A stretch of DNA of 64,000 nt from Octopus vulgaris (Eukaryota), in assembly GCA_951406725.2 (NCBI GenBank), contig OX597815.1, forward strand, positions 36,270,001 to 36,334,000. Direction: 5' to 3'. Each line of letters opens with the position of its first letter. Positions within the stretch are counted from its first letter, which is position 1. Both the position numbers and the translations under genes were made by a program. Under the pieces are notes generated by a model. That model was given only the letters and a program-made list of their open reading frames with translations. It was not told the origin of the DNA and did no database searches. Below are positions 1 through 11,292 of the stretch, piece by piece.

Positions 1-700
1 AGAACTTAGGTGTGATTTTTATGAAATATTATTAAAAGGCTTCAGTTTAGAGACAGGGCACAAGTGGATCGAAGTTTTGATTGCTATACTTAACCTATTT
101 TAATCAACCTGTGAAAGGTAACAGGCAAGGTTAACCGTGTCAGGATTTGAACTCAGAATGTAAAAATAATTTATATGTTACTTTACCAATTCTAAATTAG
201 AATATCATCGAATAGGGGATTAATCGCAAACTTGTGTCCAATTAAATAACTATGTTTAAGTCAAGATGAACTCATCTATTCATGTGGAAAAAAAAACAAA
301 CAAAAAAAACAAAAAAACAACAGCTAGTATATACTAAAGTGACATACTAGTTGAAACAGGTCTGATAGAGAAATAAAAGAAATTTGATGAAAGCACACAA
401 AGAAATAGAATAGAATACAGTATATAAATTTTGCTGTGTCATAGGTTCATTCTGTTGCTCAGTTCATTTCAACTTATTTCTGTAGTTTAGGTGAATGAAA
501 TAAAAAGAAGAAATTTATCATCTGTATTTTAATTCTATTCTAAAGAAGTCTTCTGAAAACCAGTTGATAAAAAATAAATAAACTAGACCACTAAGAAAAC
601 TAAACTTTACAACAATGTGACTGGCCTTCTAACCAGCAACTTGCTCAATGGTTAAACAATTTAGTGTATTTATGAACTGCTGTTAACTATGATGTAAATA

Positions 701-1132
701 CTCTTTACTCTTTTACTTGTTTCAATCACCCGACTGCGGCCATGCTGGAGCACCGCCTTTAGTCGAGCAACTCAACCCCGGGACTTATTCTTTTTGTAAG
801 CCCAGTACTTATTCTAATGGTCTCTTTTTGCCGAACCGCTAAGTGACAGGGACGTAAACACACCAGCATCGGTTGTCAAGCAATGCTAGGGGGACAAACA
901 CAGACACACAAACACACACACGCATATATATATATACATATATACGACAGGCTTCTTTCAGTTTCTGTCTACCAAATCCACTCACAAGGCATTGATCGGC
1001 CCGGGGCTATAGCAGAAGACACTTGCCCAAGATGCCACGCAGTGGGACTGAACCCGGAACCATGTGGTTGGTTAGCAAGCTACTTACCACACAGCCACTC
1101 CTGCGCCTATACACAGCCACTCCTGCGCCTAT
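701..1132 (-). mobile_element. tRNA-derived SINE with CORE-like body (octopus OR-type), near full length
   Basis: Minus strand reads ataggcgcaggagTGGCTGTGTGGtaag...GGTTCAGTCCC (Pol III A and B boxes), then cttgggcaagtgtctt (CORE/MIR-like), an internal (TA)/(TG) tract and an (AAAGAGT)-like tail; homologous copies at 1851, 13157, 26720, 28650 and 52835. Confidence 0.85.
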
Positions 1133-1850
1133 GAAAGTTATGTTAAAATAGAAGTAAAAAACTATACATCAATGATGGAAATAAGTGGCGCATGATAAAA
1201 CTAAGAACTGAGTAAACAGAATGAGCAATAAAAACTGCGTATTTATACTTTAGTAACTGCGAAATAGTCTGATATCTGTGATAACTGAAAACTGACTTCC
1301 ATTTAATCCTCTTGTCTGTTATAGTTTGAAAAATATTTTAGAAAGTAATATATGAATGAAGAGTGGGGGTTTAGGAGGCAAAATAGGATATTGGGATACT
1401 TTTATCTTTTCAGAACTATGATACACAAATCTAAGATGTTAATATACCTAGAAGCAAAATTTAGACAAAGAATGTGGCCTGCCTGGTGAGCATATGATGT
1501 TTTAGGAATTAGATGAATGGACTGGTTAAGTTAGACTATATTAAGTCAGGCTATGATAAATAAGGCTTCAGTTAAACTATGTTAGGAGGTTAATACATTA
1601 AGTAGCAGTAAATTATCTTTTATCTTTTCTTTTTTTTTTCAGTAAATCAATGTACTGGGCCCAATAGTATGTATTCTTTTGACAGCAAGCCACAGCATAC
1701 ATCGAGTAGAATTGATCCCCTGTACCTGTGAAGGCCCTGAGCAACTGCCTAATGTGCCTGTGCCTTATGATGGTACTGCTACTGTCTTAAAAAATCTGAA
1801 GTATCCTAACTATACTGTTAAAAACATATCATTATCATTATTGACAAACA

Positions 1851-2200
1851 ATAGGTGCAAGTGTAGCTGTGTCATAAGAAGCTTGCTTCCCAACCACATG
1901 GTTCCAGGTTCAGTCCTATTGTGTGGCATCTTGAGCAGTATCTTCCACTACAGCTTTGAGCTGACCAAAGCCTTGTGAGTGGAATTGGTAGACAAAAACT
2001 GAAAGAAGTTCATCATGTGAATGTGTGTTTGCCCCTTCCCCACTACTGTTGGTGTGTTCATGGCCCTGTAACCTAGCAGTTTGGCAATAGAAACTAATAG
2101 AATAAGTACCAGGATTAACAAAAACTAAATACTGGAGTCGATTCATTCAACTAAAAATTCCCACAGTCTAATGACTAAAACAAATAACAGACAAAAGAAA
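1851..2200 (+). mobile_element. Older copy of the same tRNA-derived SINE
   Basis: ataggtgcaagtgtagctgtgtc...ggttcagtcc...aagccttgtgagtggaattggtagac aligns by eye to the reverse complement of 701-1132. Confidence 0.8.
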
Positions 2201-3470
2201 AGGTTGGCAGAGTGGCATAGATATTAAGTGCCTAATGATGTTGGGCACTTAATGCCCAACACAATGATATTGGGCACAACAGATATTAAATGACAAATAT
2301 TTATGCTTCATGGTATTTAAATCTCATCCCTTTGCATTCTAAGTTCAAACCCTTCCTCAAAACATCTGTACCTTGTCATTCTCCTGGTTCAATAAAAACA
2401 AGTACCAGTCATGTACTGGAGTTAATTCACTTAATTATATCCCCCCCTTTACAAATATGGTGTGGTCTTCTGAAATTGAACGGGATCATTATAAGTACTA
2501 CGTAACACAGATATATGCGAAATAACACTGGATATTATGACTGTTAAGTTAAATGGCAGCAAAGCCATAATTGATGATTGTAAACTGTGTCATTGTTGAT
2601 GAAGGTTGAAGAAACTTGCACTTAGTACATACATGTACTGTGCTACTCGAGTGGGATGTGTAGTAAGTTCAATTACTGACTGGTGGTAGCAGAGCTTGTA
2701 TTCACTGCAGAACCAGTGAGAACTAGTATCAAGAAATTGATGGCTGCTGTAATTTGAGCATAGTAAGTAGATACAAACAGCTAATTTTTAGCAGCTATGT
2801 CATACCTTCAATGAAATTAGAGGTAACACTGCTAAAAGCATTTGGTTAGGTCTAAATGCAGGGTTATATTATCAGCTTTTCAATCAGAACTCAGTTTATC
2901 ATACAAAACTTTGGCTGTCAAAAGAGTGGATTCATTCAAGAAAATATTGGCTGGTCGGGTTCTGAACATTTTAATACCTCACCTCTTCCACCCACATCCA
3001 TACAAGAAATTATGTATTCTGTTCTTAGAATCCTGTATTTTTTAATGTTCTATGTAATTATATTTGTGCGTGTGTCACTCATTAATCAAATATCCAACAA
3101 GCACCGTGAAAGTGACTGTGTTTTACCAGTAAACTACCAAGTGTACACCAATCGATTTATTATCTAAAAATATACATACACACACATCTATCTTTCTGAA
3201 TATGTGTGTGTGTGCATCAAGTCTAATTGTGTTTATCTGCATTACTACCACCATAGCAGCTTGTTTTAGATTTCTCTTATAGCCACTCTTGATGCTGTGG
3301 ACCTAATCTTAGATGAAGAATTCAGAATTTAAGTTCAAATGCATTTGAGAACTACATGTTTTCTATATTGAGTATATCTAGCATTCACCTATTGTCTGTC
3401 TGCACACACACATATGAGAGTACAGAACAGTGAGAATGAGCGCTCAACACAGCATTAGTGGATAATCTTT

Positions 3471-3472
<2 letters not shown>

Positions 3473-3524
<52 letters not shown>

Positions 3525-3561
3525 AGAGGAGGGAGAGAGGAGAGAGAGAGATGAGAGAGAT

Positions 3562-3592
<31 letters not shown>
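3473..3592. repeat. Compound (GA)n/(GT)n microsatellite
   Basis: Directly visible dinucleotide runs. Confidence 0.95.
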
Positions 3593-3596
<4 letters not shown>

Positions 3597-4430
3597 CTAT
3601 CCATCTGTGTGTTTTATATATCAACTGTTAGGTTTTGATACATTCATATTTCTTCTGCATATCTGTTGCTATGGTTCCACACATCTACAAGAAGCATAAA
3701 ATTAAATGCATATAATCTTAAAGTTATATGACTTGTTTATCTGTGAGCTATCTTGGAAGTGGATTGGGCAGGTGGAGGTGGTGGTGGTGGGGGGGGGGGG
3801 CAAGCAAAAACATCATCAACAACAACAACAAAACACCACCCACTCTTGTCTCCTTTCTAGTTCCAGTACCATTTTTGTGCTGCTTACATTAATGCCTCTC
3901 AGCTACTGTCTGTGCCAACAGCTTCCCTGCCTGACATTATATACTTTACACTGTAAACCTAATCTACTCCTACACTGATCATTTTACTCAACTGCTACCC
4001 TTTCTTTCATATTTTACTTTCTGCTCCTCCACTCCCCTATCCCATTCCTACTATTATTTTAACTCTGTCAATTCCATATTTGACTTTACTGAAAGAAAAT
4101 AAGCCTCCATACAGCATGTTACACTTACGCTTCTAATATAGTACTATTCTTCAATAAAATTTGTATTAGAAGTATTAGTTTCTTTTGACGAAGTGCAAAA
4201 ACCTTATTTTAATGAGGAGCTAGAAATGTGAAGTTGTGAAGTTCCTACCGGTCACATGTGTATTTGCAGTGTAAGTGAATCAGTCAAGAAAGGAACCAAA
4301 TCAATTCAAAATGAAAATATTTGTCAAGAATGTAACAGAATTCTACAAAGGCTTCCCCTCTTGTATTGATGAGTATAATATAATAATATATTATGTATTT
4401 ATGTAGATAGATGAATACACAAACACACAT

Positions 4431-4591
4431 ATCATCATCATTATTTAACAGGATTAAAAGAAGTTGGAGAACTGTGTTGTGCTTCAATATCTGCTTTGGT
4501 ATGGTTTCTATAGCGACGTCCTTCTTAAAGTCAGTCACTTTATAGAGTGTACGGGGTGCTTCTTTTCATAGTACCAGCACTAATGAGATTG

Positions 4592-4592
<1 letters not shown>
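4431..4592 (-). mobile_element. Degenerate RTE-tail module copy
   Basis: (ATC)n tail followed by ggtttctatagc...ccttct..aa.gtca..cactttatagagtgtac.gggtgc, a decayed reverse complement of the module at 4841-5190. Confidence 0.55.
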
Positions 4593-4628
<36 letters not shown>

Positions 4629-4631
<3 letters not shown>

Positions 4632-4818
4632 AGAGTTTACGAAAAAAACAAAAGACGAAGACAGGTGGTGTACAAAACAAACAGATGTATTAGTATAACG
4701 CTCAGGAATAGAAAAAGTCTTTTACGTTTCGAGCCTACGCTCTTCTACAGAAAGGGACACAGAAAAAACAAGGAGAGAAAAAATGTGTGTAGTGGCTAAA
4801 GATCTATCATGGCGACTA
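4629..4818 (-). mobile_element. ~190-bp non-coding Penelope pLTR/retrozyme-like element inserted in (TA)n
   Basis: CpG-retaining unit flanked by (TA)n on both sides (4592-4628 and 4819-4840); contains a hammerhead-like motif. Confidence 0.6.
4714..4760 (-). ncRNA. Minimal type I hammerhead-like motif with variant core (CUGUAGA)
   Basis: Minus strand: GUGUCC-CUUU CUGUAGA A GAGC-guag-GCUC GAAAC GUA AAAG-AC. Stem II is 4 bp, stem III is the palindromic ACGU, stem I is CUUU/AAAG, and A6 is replaced by U. Confidence 0.55.
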
Positions 4819-4840
4819 ATATATATATATATATATATAT

Positions 4841-5186
4841 CCGTTCGTGGCCGTTGCCAGCCCCACCTGGCCCCCGTGCCGGTGGCACGTAAAAGCACCA
4901 TCCGTTTGTGGCCATTGCCATCCTTGCCTGGCCCCCGTGCCGGTGGCACGTAAAAAGCACCATCCGTTCGTGGCCGTTTGCCAGCTCCATCTGACACCTG
5001 TGCGGGTGGCACGTAAAAAGCACCCACTACACTCAAGGAGTGGTTGGCGTTAGGAAGGGCATCCAGCCGTAGAAACACTGCCACATCAGACTGGGCCTGA
5101 TGCAGCCTTCTGGCTTCACAGACCCCAGTTGAACCGTCCAACCCATGCTAGCATGGAAAGCGGACGCTAAATGATGATGATGATGA

Positions 5187-5190
<4 letters not shown>
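4841..5190 (+). mobile_element. 5'-truncated RTE 3' end (three ~61-nt hairpin units, AGGAAGGGCATCC block, terminal stem-loop, (TGA)n tail)
   Basis: Same module directly follows an RTE ORF at 14200-14727; tail gcatggaaagcggacgctaaatgatgatga; flanked by (TA)n. Confidence 0.85.
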
Positions 5191-5239
<49 letters not shown>

Positions 5240-5526
5240 TACACACACACACACATTCACGCACACACAAACACTGAAGTAAGAAAGAAGAAAGACTAAT
5301 TTTAAGTGCACACGATAAATTAACTTTCTTCAGACTAAAGTCTTATTTAGGATTGACATCTCATGTAACCTGAGATTTTTAAAATTAAAATCTTTGTTCC
5401 ATAATTAGAAAAAAACATTGTGAAAATATAACCTAAAACAGGTTTTGATTATACAAACAACCACAAATCAACATGTGCATTGTAAACATATGTACATAGA
5501 CATGCAAACACATAACTATCCAATAA

Positions 5527-5730
5527 GGAAGCTTCTACATGGTTGCTTGATCTACAAGGAATAGTAGCCAAATTCCCTTCAAATTACACACTGTTGTTTT
5601 AGAAAAGGAAAAAAGCATTAAATAATAGTCTTATGTAGTCACAATGCTAACCCCCACCTCCCCAAAAAGATGGTAGAGCTAGAATGCTTTCCATCATAGA
5701 TTTGCTCAGTCAAGACTGAATTTGAGTATC
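5527..5730 (+). repeat. Old unclassified dispersed repeat (SINE/LINE-tail-like), representative copy
   Basis: Motif series agcttctacatgg...tagcagccaaat.tccct.caaat.acac...aaaagatgg...agaatgc.ttt.atcatag...ctaaacaacaac recurs in more than 15 decayed copies (e.g. 8005, 8590, 22065, 24200, 32330, 33000, 37890, 39050, 48590, 53910, 62955). Confidence 0.6.
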
Positions 5731-5799
5731 CAGTATTGAGTTGTTACCACTTCTTTACAAACTTAGCAAGACCATTTTTCCTGAGTTTTTAATGCTTCC

Positions 5800-6719
5800 T
5801 CACAGATTTTAAAAATTATTATTTTTTTTTAACTAAACAGTTTGAAACTTTGTAAACTGATGTAATTTCTTATGCTGAACACAGTTTACTTTCAACATTT
5901 TTGACAAAATTTCGTATTTTAGAAGTTTTTTTTTTGGGCTAAAGTTGTCGTATTTGGGTAATTTTAACCAATCAATGATGTGTATTCAGTTGAAGAAAGC
6001 TACTGCTGTTTGCGACAGTAATCGAAAAGCAACGGCTTCTGGGTCATCTCTACTAAATGTCACCACTCTGTTCTATTTTATTTTTATTTACTGCCTGTGA
6101 TGCATATCACACACTTTTCTTTTGTTTCACGCGTTGGAGTAACCAGTAAACATAGAAGAATCAACACTAAGAAGGAAGAAATATTATTTACATATATTTA
6201 TTCATTTGCCTGACATATTGTTAGAGATACAGCAGTAATTGTAGTGGCAGTGACAATAAAAGTTCACTCGCTGGTTGGTAGTTGATAGTGTAGAAGTGGC
6301 TGTCTGCTAGTAGAGAGGGAAAGAGTAAGGAATGCACGGTGCTGACTAGAAAGGAAGAAAGGATAAAGGTGGCATCATCTTTCTTGCAGCTAAACTTCTT
6401 TTTTGAGTCAGCTATGACCAAGGAGCAACACTTTCCCTTCGCCCTTTGCTTGGCATACGAACAGAACAGATTGGTAACATTTAGTAGAGGTGACCTGGAA
6501 GCTGTGGCTCTTCGATTACTGTTGCAAACAGCAGTAGCTTTCTTCAACTGAATACACATCGTTGATTGGTTAAAATTACTCAAATACAACAACTTTAATA
6601 TGAAATATTGAAAGTAAACTATGTTCAGTATGAGAAATTACACCAGTATACAAAGTTCCAAACTGTTTAGTTAAAAAAAAACACAATTAAAAAATCTATG
6701 ATTGAAACTGAACAGATCC
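5800..6719. mobile_element. Non-autonomous DNA transposon with long (~270-bp) inverted arms
   Basis: 5800-6073 is the reverse complement of ~6463-6700 (e.g. ttcagttgaagaaagctactgctgtttgc / gcaaacagcagtagctttcttcaactgaa); right end gaaactgaacagatcc resembles the TIR of 27313-27652; left terminus degraded. Confidence 0.75.
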
Positions 6720-7552
6720 CTATTTTTTAACTAAATACTTCAATATTTGCTTTTAACAAACCATTTTTTACAGACTTGAACCTTTTTTTTTTTTTTGTGC
6801 AGATCTTAACAGCTTATATGTGTTGTCAAGGATATCAAGTTCTGAATCTATACACTTGTTTAATGATCTCTTTCACTATGCATCTCAGTGCCCACCAAAA
6901 CTGCAGAGCATTTGACTGTACCTAAGGTTTTATCTAGGCTGATGAAAGTTATTATTATTACTATTTAGAACTTTATCACTTAGGAACATGTATGTTGAAT
7001 GGTATTTAGTCATGTCATTTTATAGTCTCAATTCAAATCCTGGGATTGTCACCAAAGCTGAGTGAACTGAACCATTTCAAACAATTCACTCCACCAATAT
7101 CCTGGTTCATGTAACCATACAACCTTGCTATTCAGAAATACTTCATGTCTCTTCTCTTCACAGTACACAGCATAAACAAACCTCCTACTCACCCATTCTT
7201 TTCTACCAAAGAAAATCTATCCTTTTCCCAATTTTCCTATGTTTTATTTATCAAGTTCAATAAATAAAATAAATTGCTCAATGTTTCCTAATCATATGAA
7301 CAGATTGATGAGTTACTAATCTTATAGGCTTTAAGAAAATGAGTGGCTCCTCAAGTCAGACCCAAGAATTTGAGCTTGGTACCATGAAACATGCATCAAT
7401 TATACAGTGCTGCTATTACTACTTAAAATGACGAGTGGCACCTCTCTGTTGTGCCCATTTCAGTTAAGCTGATTTGGTCAATGCATGTTAACTGCAGTTA
7501 AACATAGCTTCAAATATACATACACACAAAACCTTTGTCGTGTGACGTTTAT

Positions 7553-7985
7553 ATAATGATAATGAAATTATTGTATGCAGTGCTCAGGTGCACCACAACT
7601 TGTCATAAGTTCGTATAAAGTACATGCAGTAATGTACAAATATCTGGAAAGCGAACAGTGTATGAGTCAGATACATGCTTGCGTGTGTATGGAGGGGAGA
7701 AAATCAGGTGTAGTGTTGGCGAATCTCAGGAAGCATGGAAGTTTTGAAGGATGCAGTGCTCCGACAACTAACAACTGATGCCGGCAGTTTGTTCCATGCT
7801 TCAGCAACTCTTAGTGTGAAAAAATGTTTTCGAAAGTCATGGGAGCTGTGCTGTTTTCTGACTTTGTAAACATGTCCACGGGTGTTAGACAGATGGAGTT
7901 TGAAAAGGTGCTCAGAGTTATTGTTTGTAAGATGGTTAATAATTTTATGGGTGTCTGCCAAGTCAGCTGCCAGATGTCAGAGTTT
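7553..7985 (-). mobile_element. CR1-clade LINE, 5'-truncated 3' end
   Basis: ORF 7704-7961 reads TRGHVYKVRK...FFTLRVAEAWNKLP, the conserved CR1 ORF2 C-terminus, followed by a 3' UTR and an (ATT/ATC) tail. Confidence 0.9.
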
Positions 7986-10872
7986 CAAGGTATGAGCCTG
8001 AACTGAACAAACCTATGATAAAAAGGCATTCCTGTAATGACCATCCCTCTTTTTATTTTCCAGGTATACTACACTCTAGACCATAATATCCAGTGTGTCC
8101 TTCCTGTTTGAAGATGGCAATGTATGACTTGAATGATATCTGGCTGTTATTGCTAACAGGTTCAGCAACAACCAGACAACAGTTCCTTCATTGGCTCATG
8201 GTGGCTTCCCTTTTACTGGTATCACAATGTGTTTTAAACCATCATTACATGTGACATTAAAAAGTTACATAAAAAGTCATCTATTACAAATACAAACCTT
8301 TTGCAAGTGAAAATGGGTCATGGATAACGATATGATCTGACATTAAGCAATGCTTCACACATATGCAACATCACCAATTATTGCCCTTCTAGCATAAATA
8401 ATTTAATTAAGATTTCTTTTGAAAGAAAAATTTCCATACTGCAACAATTTTCAGAGTGAACTTAAAATAATAGATAAGTGCTGTTATTTAGGTGACCTTA
8501 TCAGATCTAGTGTGCAGTCAGTTAGCTGCAGCTGGAAAGCTAGACCATAATAACTCATTTAATTAAGAAACACTCTTCAGTTATTAGTCATTGTTGTTTT
8601 GCCTCATGTCAGGCCAAAGTGAGAAGCGGTATTCCAACCATGACCATCCTGTCTCTTCTTTTCCAGATACAGAAATATATAATCCAATACATTTACTTAG
8701 TAGAGAGTGATAGGAGGGAAATTTAGCTGCTACTTTTAGTAAGCAGATTCCAACATAGGCTTGCCAGCCATTAATTTACCAATGTGCTCAGCTTCTCTGC
8801 TCTTTTCCATCATCTGGATACTGCTTACAAACTCAGATGATGTAAACAAGAAAAGGTGAAATGGCCAAGTAATTAAGGGGCATTGATTTATCTGTTCATA
8901 GGGTTGTGTCTCTAAATTCACTAAATGTGTTCCTGGGCAAAATATATATTTTTTTCTTCCTATATAAATTAATCAGTGGTGGAGGAGTAGTCTATAACTG
9001 AACAAGACTGGACGATATTAATACAACAAATATCCAGCCTCAACATTTGCAGGGTCAATGTCTCCATGATTGTACAAATGTTTACAACAGACAGGTCTCA
9101 GCTTGAGATACCAAAGGTCTGTAGGCAACCATAGTTGAATCCATGTCTGAACGTGGGTCATCTGGAGTTATCTCCCCTGGTCACATGGGTAACAATGAGG
9201 TGGTGCTCGTGAGATAGGGATAAAAAGACGTGCAGAGCCAAGAATGGTCTCTTTTGCTGACCAAAGCGGCCTGCTGCTAACTGCATCGTCTCCCTCTCTG
9301 CTACTGGACTACCCCATGTTGATTTGAATTGAGTTGAATCCACTATACCAGTCATGGAAGGCGGCAAGACGAAAACCTTTTCTTATTCAATTTCCATTCC
9401 TGTTCTGCTAAATGTTAAATATACAAGCTGTTTACAAATGCTCTCCTCCCGGATTGGAATAAATCTACCATGTACATGAAGGTTTCGAAAACTCATACGA
9501 ATTGCTGTTGTTTCTCACTGAATTAATTCCTACAGCTATCGAAGGATGGCCGGACATTATATTAAATTAGTGGGCTAAAAGCGCATTAAAGGTCTAAGAA
9601 AATGTTATAATCTGGATGGCATGTTAGGTATACCACAAAATCTTAGGGCAATATTGAATCAGTCCACCAGTGGGCCCAGGATTTTCCAGGAGTGTTATAT
9701 ACAATAGACTGGTGTCTTGTTGACAGGATGGTTAACCTATTATCCCATTGATACAATAAAGCTGGAGATCAACTTTGGCACTGAAGGATTTGATTGGTGA
9801 TGGATTAGCAGAACTATTAGAGCAAGGAATGACATGCTTTGTAGAATTCATTCTGACTGAGTTCAAGCCCCACTGAAGTCAACTTTGCCTTTCATCCTTT
9901 CATGGTTGATAAAATATTAGTAAAGTACTGAGTTGATTCACCATCACTTTCTCCACTCCCCTCTCTTTCTTGCACTTCCTCCCTGGAAGAAATTGGTTAT
10001 GTTCAGATTTGGATAAGAATAACCTCTGACAGGCTCAAAATGCCCAAGATACTCTGTGTATTATGATAGTGCCAAAGACCCCTTCCCCCACTACTACTGA
10101 AAGAAAGGCATTATATTTTACATTTCATTTGTGTCATCTACTATTACAATGAAATTCTCTGCCCCTGCAAAGTTGTTGACTTCTCAACCACATTAAAAAC
10201 ACTTGCAGCTCACTTTCTGAATAACTACTGCACCAAATAACATGTGCAATTCTTCTCAGAACTGAACTTCTCAAGAACATAGATTTTTGTTCAGATATTT
10301 TCACCAAATAACTAATTTTCAGCATGTCAAATGCGATATTAAGCACAAAGCTAACTTATTCTCCCATCCCACAGGCTATAAACTCAATCCTTCCCTTGAG
10401 TAGGAAATTAGAAGAATGCGAACAAATATAGCTTGGTGACCATGATGTTTTAAAAAAACAACATCTGGGAGTAGGTGCAGCTGTCAGTCAAGGGTTAATT
10501 AAATGTGATTTGGTTTTAATTCCTAGTTGAAGCAGCTTTCCTTCCACAGCTAATATTTCTCATCAGAGAGAAGCATGAATGCCTTGCCATTCTGTAACAC
10601 TACAAGAAACACAGGACTATGTATGATATTGCATCAATGTGCTAGTAGTGCAACTGTGTGTGTGGCTGCCAATGCTGACAGCGATCTGATATTTCTATAT
10701 TCATGCCAAGATGCATGAAAGAACTAAATTTTGATCTTGTTTCATACATGTCATCTTAGAAGGACTAAATCATCTAAATGAAATGACTCAAATATAGAAA
10801 TATTACACTTTGTTGTTGTCTTGACACATATACTAGCAGTTACTTCAAATACAAGAATAGTGGAAACTGTTC

Positions 10873-11292
10873 CATCATCATTATCATTGTTCGACCGTGG
10901 TTGAGACAATGGAATTTACTATGTTATGCCAGACTTCACGGTCCATCATAGCATTACAGAGGTCCTGTTGCTGGATGCCTGTATCCCTGGAGATTACATC
11001 AGGGTAGGAGAGTGTGTACCCTCTGGTATCGTGAATAGATGGCTTCCAGAGGAGAAGAGTAGAAATTACCGCGTTTTCAGCTCTACAACAATGTCCAGCA
11101 AACTGGACTCTTCTACCTTTCACAAGAGATGATACAGGTGGTAGTTTCCCATATATTTGTACTTTGGTTGGATGACGCTTCCACAAGAGATTTTGAGCTC
11201 TCATAAGGAGTCGAATGTAAGTTCCATCCAACTGCCTCTCAAGGTTCTTTGATAACGTGCAGGTTTCTGAGCCATATAGTAGAAACCATTCC
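10873..11292 (-). mobile_element. RTE-clade LINE, 5'-truncated 3' end (second RTE family)
   Basis: LLYGSETCTL...RRVQFAGHCCR...AMMDREVW is the RTE ORF C-terminus; stop codon followed immediately by a (TGA)n tail. Confidence 0.9.

Noticed and set aside
1642-1830. Possible host exon after a polypyrimidine tract and AG (ORF 1679-1978)
   Set aside because: No recognisable protein; the ORF runs into a SINE and its middle looks more like a DNA transposon terminus
4722-5141. Recurring ORFs containing FLQLDALPNANH or EWLALGRASSC
   Set aside because: Chance frames through the non-coding RTE-tail module; present in every copy with inconsistent frames
6938-6990. CTGATGA as a hammerhead core
   Set aside because: Forms a simple hairpin with aactttatca; no GAAA, stem III or cleavage site
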